DNA from: Methylophilaceae bacterium
Lineage (GTDB): Bacteria > Pseudomonadota > Gammaproteobacteria > Burkholderiales > Methylophilaceae
Direction: 5' to 3'
Assembly (NCBI GenBank): GCA_043758775.1
Contig: JAYVMU010000037.1
Coordinates: 8,318-72,317 of the forward strand
DNA length: 64,000 nt
Shown: piece by piece, positions 59,294-64,000 of the stretch
How positions within the stretch are numbered: the first letter of the stretch is position 1
Layout of the letters: every line of letters starts with the position of its first letter
The notes under the pieces: generated by a model
Databases searched by the model: none
Seen by the model: only the letters and a program-made list of their open reading frames with translations
What the model was told of the DNA's origin: nothing
Program-made: the position numbers and the translations under genes

Positions 59294-60147
59294 TGCACTC
59301 AAATAGCCCGCTCTACTTAAAGCGTAAAATAATCAACGTCATTGTATTAAGCATATCAGTACTTACTGTCGTTTTTGCACTAGGTTTTTTGGTCTGGATT
59401 CTATGGACTTTATTCAGCCAAGGTTTAAGCTATCTAGGTGCAGACGTCTTCACAAAAAACACGCCTCCACCAGGCAGTTCTGGAGGTTTGCTAAATGCAA
59501 TTGTCGGCAGTTTATATATGGTTATAGTGGCTACCTTGATTGGCACACCTATCGGCGTATTAGCTGGCACCTATTTAGCTGAATATGGAAAAGCTGGCTG
59601 GTTAGCACCTACTACACGCTTTATTAATGACATTTTGCTTTCAGCACCTTCTATCGTTATTGGTTTGTTTGTTTATGAAGTTGCAGTTAACACGGTAGGT
59701 CACTTCTCAGGCTGGGCAGGCTCATTAGCCTTGTCGCTAATTGTTATTCCAGTAGTTGTTAGAACTACGGAGAACATGATGCAATTAGTCCCTACCACAC
59801 TAAGGGAGGCTGCTGCTGCGCTTGGTGCACCCTACTGGAAAGTAGTGATTAATGTTGTATATCGCTCAGCAAGAACAGGCATTTTAACTGGTCTGTTGCT
59901 TGCAGTTGCTCGCATTAGTGGTGAAACTGCCCCTCTGTTATTTACCGCTCTGAACAATCAATTCTGGAGCGCGGATATGAGCAAACCAATTTCCAGTTTA
60001 GCTGTTGTAATTTTCCAATTTGCAATGAGCCCATATGAAGACTGGCAACATTTAGCATGGGCTGGTGCACTACTAATTACACTCTTTGTACTTGGTCTCA
60101 ATATATTAGCGCGTGCGTTATTCCGTCCTAATCAATCTCAAAGCTAG
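59293..60147 (+). CDS. pstA: phosphate ABC transporter permease PstA
   Basis: TAATG overlap with pstC. Permease topology. 284 aa. Confidence 0.9.
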   Translation: MHSNSPLYLKRKIINVIVLSISVLTVVFALGFLVWILWTLFSQGLSYLGADVFTKNTPPPGSSGGLLNAIVGSLYMVIVATLIGTPIGVLAGTYLAEYGKAGWLAPTTRFINDILLSAPSIVIGLFVYEVAVNTVGHFSGWAGSLALSLIVIPVVVRTTENMMQLVPTTLREAAAALGAPYWKVVINVVYRSARTGILTGLLLAVARISGETAPLLFTALNNQFWSADMSKPISSLAVVIFQFAMSPYEDWQHLAWAGALLITLFVLGLNILARALFRPNQSQS

Positions 60148-60165
60148 ATCAGGGTCTATATAAAA

Positions 60166-60936
60166 ATGTCTACAACAATGTTACAACCAAAAATATCGAT
60201 ACAGAACATGAACTTTTATTACGGTAAATTTCATGCTCTTAAAAATATTAATATTGAAATTCTAGCAAACAAAGTCACCGCATTTATTGGTCCTTCAGGT
60301 TGTGGGAAATCAACGCTATTGCGTACGCTTAATCGCATGTATGAACTGTATCCAAAACTAAGAGTTGAAGGAAAAATTCTACTCGATGGTAACGACATCC
60401 ATGCGCCTGAGCAAGATATCAATATGCTACGCGCTAAAGTCGGCATGGTATTCCAAAAGCCAACACCGTTCCCTATGTCGATTTATGACAACGTTGCATT
60501 CGGTGTAAAGCTCTATGAAAATCTTACCAAAAATGAAATGAATGATCGAGTTGAGTGGGCATTACAAAAAGCTGCAATATGGAATGAGGTTAAAGACAAG
60601 CTGGATCAAAGCGGTTCTAGTTTGTCAGGCGGTCAACAACAACGTCTATGTATTGCGCGTGGCGTAGCAGTAAAGCCTAATGTATTACTCTTAGATGAAC
60701 CCTGCTCCGCATTAGACCCTATCTCAACGTCTCGTATTGAAGAGCTAATTAATGAGCTTAAGAAAGACTACACAATAGTAATCGTCACACATAATATGCA
60801 ACAAGCCGCTCGCGTATCAGACTACACAGCTTACATGTACCTTGGCGAGTTAATTGAATATGGCGATACAGACAACATTTTCACTCGCCCAACTCGCAAA
60901 GAAACTGAAGACTACATTACTGGTAAATTTGGTTAG
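60166..60936 (+). CDS. pstB: phosphate ABC transporter ATP-binding protein PstB
   Basis: [24 protein letters not shown]. Confidence 0.95.
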   Translation: MSTTMLQPKISIQNMNFYYGKFHALKNINIEILANKVTAFIGPSGCGKSTLLRTLNRMYELYPKLRVEGKILLDGNDIHAPEQDINMLRAKVGMVFQKPTPFPMSIYDNVAFGVKLYENLTKNEMNDRVEWALQKAAIWNEVKDKLDQSGSSLSGGQQQRLCIARGVAVKPNVLLLDEPCSALDPISTSRIEELINELKKDYTIVIVTHNMQQAARVSDYTAYMYLGELIEYGDTDNIFTRPTRKETEDYITGKFG

Positions 60937-60967
60937 TTTCTAACTAAACTTCTAGATCTATTAAGAT

Positions 60968-60993
60968 TGGGCTTGTTTTATCAAGCCTTTTTT
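60968..60993 (+). terminator. rho-independent terminator after pstB
   Basis: GGCTTG-ttttat-CAAGCC followed by TTTTTTT. Confidence 0.75.
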
Positions 60994-61113
60994 TAGGCCT
61001 GAGTAAATAAGTATTCTAGCTATTTAAGGGTGTACAATTTATACGACTAATCTCAGTATCTAATAAAATGCTGATTTAAATCAGCTTCAATATTACTCGT
61101 ATAAGGAAATGAC

Positions 61114-61461
61114 ATGAGATTCTATACACTACTGTTACTACTCATTCTTTCAGCAATTGCAGCTTTCATTATGTTTAACTGGAGTATGTTTATAACACCC
61201 ACAGATCTTTCGTTTGGCATTACTACCGTGAAGATGCCGCTAGGATTAATCATGGTAGGGCTATTAGTTTTTCTTACCGCTATATTTCTGGTGTACGTAC
61301 TATATCTACAATCTTCGTCACTCATTGAGACTCGCCGTCATTCACGTGAATTACAGGCCAACAGAGAACTGGCAGACCAAGCTGAAACCTCACGCTTTAC
61401 CGAGCTGCGTAATTTCTTGGAGGCTGAAATGCTAAAGCACAAACTTGAGTACAGAATATAA
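61114..61461 (+). CDS. LapA/DUF1049-like inner-membrane protein, N-terminal part of an apparently split gene
   Basis: Two TM helices (LLLLLILSAIAAFIMF, LGLIMVGLLVFLTAIFLVYVL), then a coiled region ETRRHSRELQANRELADQAETSRFTELRNFLEAEM. Stop TAA is at 61459-61461. Confidence 0.6.
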   Translation: MRFYTLLLLLILSAIAAFIMFNWSMFITPTDLSFGITTVKMPLGLIMVGLLVFLTAIFLVYVLYLQSSSLIETRRHSRELQANRELADQAETSRFTELRNFLEAEMLKHKLEYRI

Positions 61462-61465
61462 ATCC

Positions 61466-61594
61466 ATGGTACTTGCAGGCATTGAGCAACTTGAACACAA
61501 TCTTCACAACACCATAGAGCGGTCATCCAATTCACTCGCTGCTTACATTGGCGAATTGGATGACCGCATTGAGAAAAACAAGAACTCTATCTAG
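61466..61594 (+). pseudogene. 42-codon ORF in the +1 frame that looks like the C-terminus of the preceding LapA-like gene
   Basis: MVLAGIEQLEHNLHNTIERSSNSLAAYIGELDDRIEKNKNSI. The frame is already open from 61436 and overlaps the upstream ORF end. There is no SD. It is below the ORF-track size cutoff. Confidence 0.45.
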
Positions 61595-61608
61595 CAATCA
61601 TTAGCCTC

Positions 61609-62760
61609 TCATTCAATTAAAGCGTGATAGAACTTAACCAATCTTTCAGCTTGGGCTTTGTCTGTCCAGCGTTTTGCTACATAGGCCTTAGCTTTAACTC
61701 CTAGCGCTAAACGTTCTGTATCATGACTTAGCAAGTAATCTACCTTATCAGCAAATTCGATGGTATTTTCTGTTGATATCAACACGCCCTCGCCTTCAAT
61801 TAATAGAGATTTTGTACCCAACTCTGCGATTGATACCACAGCCACGCCTTGTGCCATTGCCTCTAACAATACCAGGCCTTGTGTTTCGCTTTTGGATGAA
61901 AACACAAACACATCCGTTGACTTATAACAGGCATTGAGTTCAGTCGCTCTATCTAAATAACCAATAAACTGAATATTGTTACCCAACCCAAGCGCAGAAG
62001 CTTGTTTGTGCAAACTAGCTTCTGCTGGACCTTCGCCTGCTATCACCAACAAGGCATTGGGCTGCTTGGCAGTTAATACTTTGGTCATATCAAGCAAGAA
62101 ATTGATATTCTTTTCAAACGCCACTCGACCTACATAAAGCAACATTGGGCGGTTTTGTGCAATGCCATATTTGGCTTTAAACGCTTCACCATCGGCTTCG
62201 GCAAAGCTATGCGCTTGCAAACCTGTAGGGATGACTTCAGCTTGCGTTGATACACCGTAGCTACGCAATACATCCAACATGGGTTGAGAAGGTGCCACCA
62301 TAGCACCTAAGGCATTACATTGTTTTTTAGAAATCAGCCGTGCCAAACCCTTAGCTAAATTTTTAGGGATAATTGGTAGGTAATGATGTAGATAATCCTC
62401 AAAAAAAGTATGGTAGGTTTCTACACAAGGTATATCTAATAGCTTCGCCAATTTGATACCGGCATAATGTGCCACAAACGGTGTGTGAATATGAATTAGA
62501 TCGTAATCGGCTTCTCGCAACTCTGGCAAACGCTTTAGCACAGCGCGGTATTTCATCAGCTTATCTTCAGGATCGAAATAAATGCTACGCGCTGTGATAC
62601 GTTGAATCCAGGCTTCATCTACAGTGGTCACGCCATAGTCTGGCGCGATTAAATCCACCGTATGCCCTAACGCTTGCAGTTGCATAACAAACGTTCTGAT
62701 TGATGTAGAAACGCCGTTCACGCGTGGGAAATATACGTCTGAAATAAATAATATCTTCAT
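61609..62760 (-). CDS. GT4-family (GT-B, group 1) glycosyltransferase
   Basis: MKILFISDVYFPRVNGVSTSIRTF N-terminus and the EX7E-type region SETQGLVLLEAMAQGVAVVS. 383 aa. Confidence 0.85.
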   Translation of the reverse strand: MKILFISDVYFPRVNGVSTSIRTFVMQLQALGHTVDLIAPDYGVTTVDEAWIQRITARSIYFDPEDKLMKYRAVLKRLPELREADYDLIHIHTPFVAHYAGIKLAKLLDIPCVETYHTFFEDYLHHYLPIIPKNLAKGLARLISKKQCNALGAMVAPSQPMLDVLRSYGVSTQAEVIPTGLQAHSFAEADGEAFKAKYGIAQNRPMLLYVGRVAFEKNINFLLDMTKVLTAKQPNALLVIAGEGPAEASLHKQASALGLGNNIQFIGYLDRATELNACYKSTDVFVFSSKSETQGLVLLEAMAQGVAVVSIAELGTKSLLIEGEGVLISTENTIEFADKVDYLLSHDTERLALGVKAKAYVAKRWTDKAQAERLVKFYHALIE

Positions 62761-62820
62761 CTAACCAACCTATTAATTAATCTAAACATAGATTAATTAC
62801 CCAATATGACAACTTAATGA

Positions 62821-62860
62821 ATGTCATAAATAAATCATGTAAACGTCATGATTTATTCAC
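62821..62860 (+). promoter_or_regulatory. phased PhoB-half-site-like heptamers in the GT4 / PLC-like divergent region
   Basis: ATGTCAT(62821) AAAT AAATCAT(62832) GTAA ACGTCAT(62843) GATT TATTCAC(62854), with strict 11-bp phasing. TTGTCAT also occurs on the minus strand at 62812-62806 and 62873-62867. Confidence 0.4.
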
Positions 62861-63714
62861 TTAAAAATGACAAATTAACACGCATGCAAATACGTAATTT
62901 TTTGAATAATTTCTATTGGTGGTGCCCGTTACTGATGTATTCAGTTGACGCGAATGCCTGGGGCTTGTTCACTCATTTGTACTTTGCCCAATCACTGATT
63001 ATGTCTATGCCCTTGCTGGATTCACGTTTACGCTCAGCGATTAAAAAATTTCCCGAGTTGGTGATGGCTGGCGCATGCTTACCCGATTTAGCCGTTATAT
63101 CAAAAAAATTCAGCAGCACGCATCAATGGCAGCAAGTGGAGCGCTTGTTAGATATTGCACAAACTGAAGAAGAAATCGCTATTGCCATTGGTTATGCCAG
63201 CCATTTATATGTCGATGTTATTGCGCACAATCATTTTGTACCAGCACATGAAGCGCTATGGAATGACGAGAGCATCGTAGCGCATATCGCTTCCGAATGG
63301 GCGATGGATGCCCATATAACAAAACACATATCACATACACCAAAGCAATTACTTAATCGACATTTAGAGGTGATCAGCCCATTAGTATCTAAGTGCTTTA
63401 TTTGCCCAGAGCCACAAGTGTGCAAAACACTCCAGCAACTTGCATTCTGGGATAGTCTTTTACGATGGGTTAAGTTGCCGCAAATGATTAATCAAGCGAT
63501 TCGCTTAACCGATAACGAGGTCAACAAAACCTTTGACTATTATCTTACTAAAACAGAAGTGGCTTTGGTTGATTTTAATAAGGCTTTGCAAGGCCATCAT
63601 CCAATTTGGGAGCCTGAATTAAGGCATCTTGGCTTGGATGAGCTAGGTGGCTGGAGAATACGTTGCTTAAAAGATTTAACTGATAATCTTGCAATACCTA
63701 TTCACTACTATTAA
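62848..63714 (+). CDS. secreted zinc-dependent phospholipase C family-like protein (probable true start ATG 62884)
   Basis: From M13 the sequence is a 25-aa signal peptide MQIRNFLNNFYWWCPLLMYSVDANA|WGLFTHLYFAQ. This exposes an N-terminal Trp as in Zn-PLC/alpha-toxin-fold enzymes. A His/Asp cluster ASHLYVDVIAHNHFVPAHE follows. Confidence 0.65.
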   Translation: MIYSLKNDKLTRMQIRNFLNNFYWWCPLLMYSVDANAWGLFTHLYFAQSLIMSMPLLDSRLRSAIKKFPELVMAGACLPDLAVISKKFSSTHQWQQVERLLDIAQTEEEIAIAIGYASHLYVDVIAHNHFVPAHEALWNDESIVAHIASEWAMDAHITKHISHTPKQLLNRHLEVISPLVSKCFICPEPQVCKTLQQLAFWDSLLRWVKLPQMINQAIRLTDNEVNKTFDYYLTKTEVALVDFNKALQGHHPIWEPELRHLGLDELGGWRIRCLKDLTDNLAIPIHYY

Positions 63715-63886
63715 TGAGCCTCAAAGTTTTGTGATTGATTTATATAGCCTGTAACTCTCTAGTTATATCTAGGTAGCAATGTGTTCCTTAGCTGATATAG
63801 TCTCGTGTTATTATTAAAAGTCATGAGACACCACTTTACTGATGATTTTATGTTCGAGCTTACAAAAAAAATATAACAAAAGGCAT

Positions 63887-64000
63887 TGCTCTACTTGTGC
63901 ATATCTAGGCAAGCCGCACCTTTATTATTACTCCTACTAACAGGCTGTGCTAGTTATGTGGCTCAGCCTTTGCAGTCGGACGAACTTGATCAACGAATGC
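63887..64000 (+). CDS. putative lipoprotein, N-terminal fragment (continues beyond window)
   Basis: TTG 63887 (or 63896), then LYLCISRQAAPLLLLLLTGCASYVAQPLQSDELDQRM with lipobox LLTGC. The frame is open to the window end. Confidence 0.45.

Noticed and set aside
61459-61470. Programmed +1 frameshift at ATA TAA A in the LapA-like gene, by analogy with prfB
   Set aside because: There is no slippery codon allowing P-site re-pairing and no upstream SD-like stimulator. A simple indel is the more economical explanation.
63851-63877. Mini-ORF ATG TTC GAG CTT ACA AAA AAA ATA TAA with an A8 tract just upstream of the lipoprotein start; considered as a slipped-strand phase-variation switch
   Set aside because: The mini-ORF and the lipoprotein are already in the same frame, separated by a TAA. 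A change in A-tract length would therefore not fuse them, and the TTG-initiated signal peptide is complete on its own.
1-64000. Search by eye for tRNA, rRNA, tmRNA, riboswitch-like leaders, integrases, toxin-antitoxin pairs, restriction or other defence genes
   Set aside because: I found none. Intergenic regions are short except 41863-42630 (IS relic) and AT-rich promoter regions. Absence by eye is not proof, and tRNAscan/Infernal should be run.

Overview
This 64 kb window is a chromosomal segment of a proteobacterium. About 58 protein genes are supported. I saw no rRNA, tRNA or CRISPR array. The gene order matches Pseudomonas and E. coli core synteny: nadB / rpoE-rseA-mucB-rseC-mucD-lepA-lepB-rnc-era-[insert]-recO-pdxJ-acpS-tcdA, suhB / trmJ-cysE-iscR-[extra nifS-like]-iscSUA-hscBA-fdx, and prfB-lysS. 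The protein sequences look betaproteobacterial, perhaps a Methylophilaceae-type methylotroph, but that is only a guess. Other blocks are: a DUF1800/DUF1501 pair; a polyphosphate locus (ppx, small RHH-like gene, sixA-like, ppk1); a CbbR-like LysR regulator divergent from fbp-fba-tpi; an AT-richer accessory island at about 40.3-52.3 kb; and a phosphate block (DUF47-PiT, pstSCAB, then a split LapA-like gene and a divergent GT4 / Zn-PLC-like pair). The accessory island holds a ModE-N-like regulator, an outer membrane protein, an IS30 transposase relic, an RND efflux operon in the unusual order permease-adaptor-OMF, a two-component system and a Pho-box porin. No single obviously new multi-gene system is proven. 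The best leads are listed here. (1) A secreted DUF2341 protein is wedged into the otherwise invariant era-recO operon. (2) A 4 x 9-bp tandem repeat operator-like array lies in front of a histone-tail/RHH-like gene inside the polyphosphate locus. (3) Phased PhoB-like heptamers lie between a GT4 glycosyltransferase and a secreted Zn-phospholipase-C-like gene beside pst, which may be a phosphate-starvation lipid remodelling module. (4) A second cysteine desulfurase sits inside the isc operon. (5) A CbbR-like regulator controls fbp-fba plus a divergent TPI paralog. (6) The DUF1501 gene has no canonical start codon. All calls come from reading the ORF translations and the DNA by eye. Start codons are approximate and family names are motif-based. 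No database search or computation was run.
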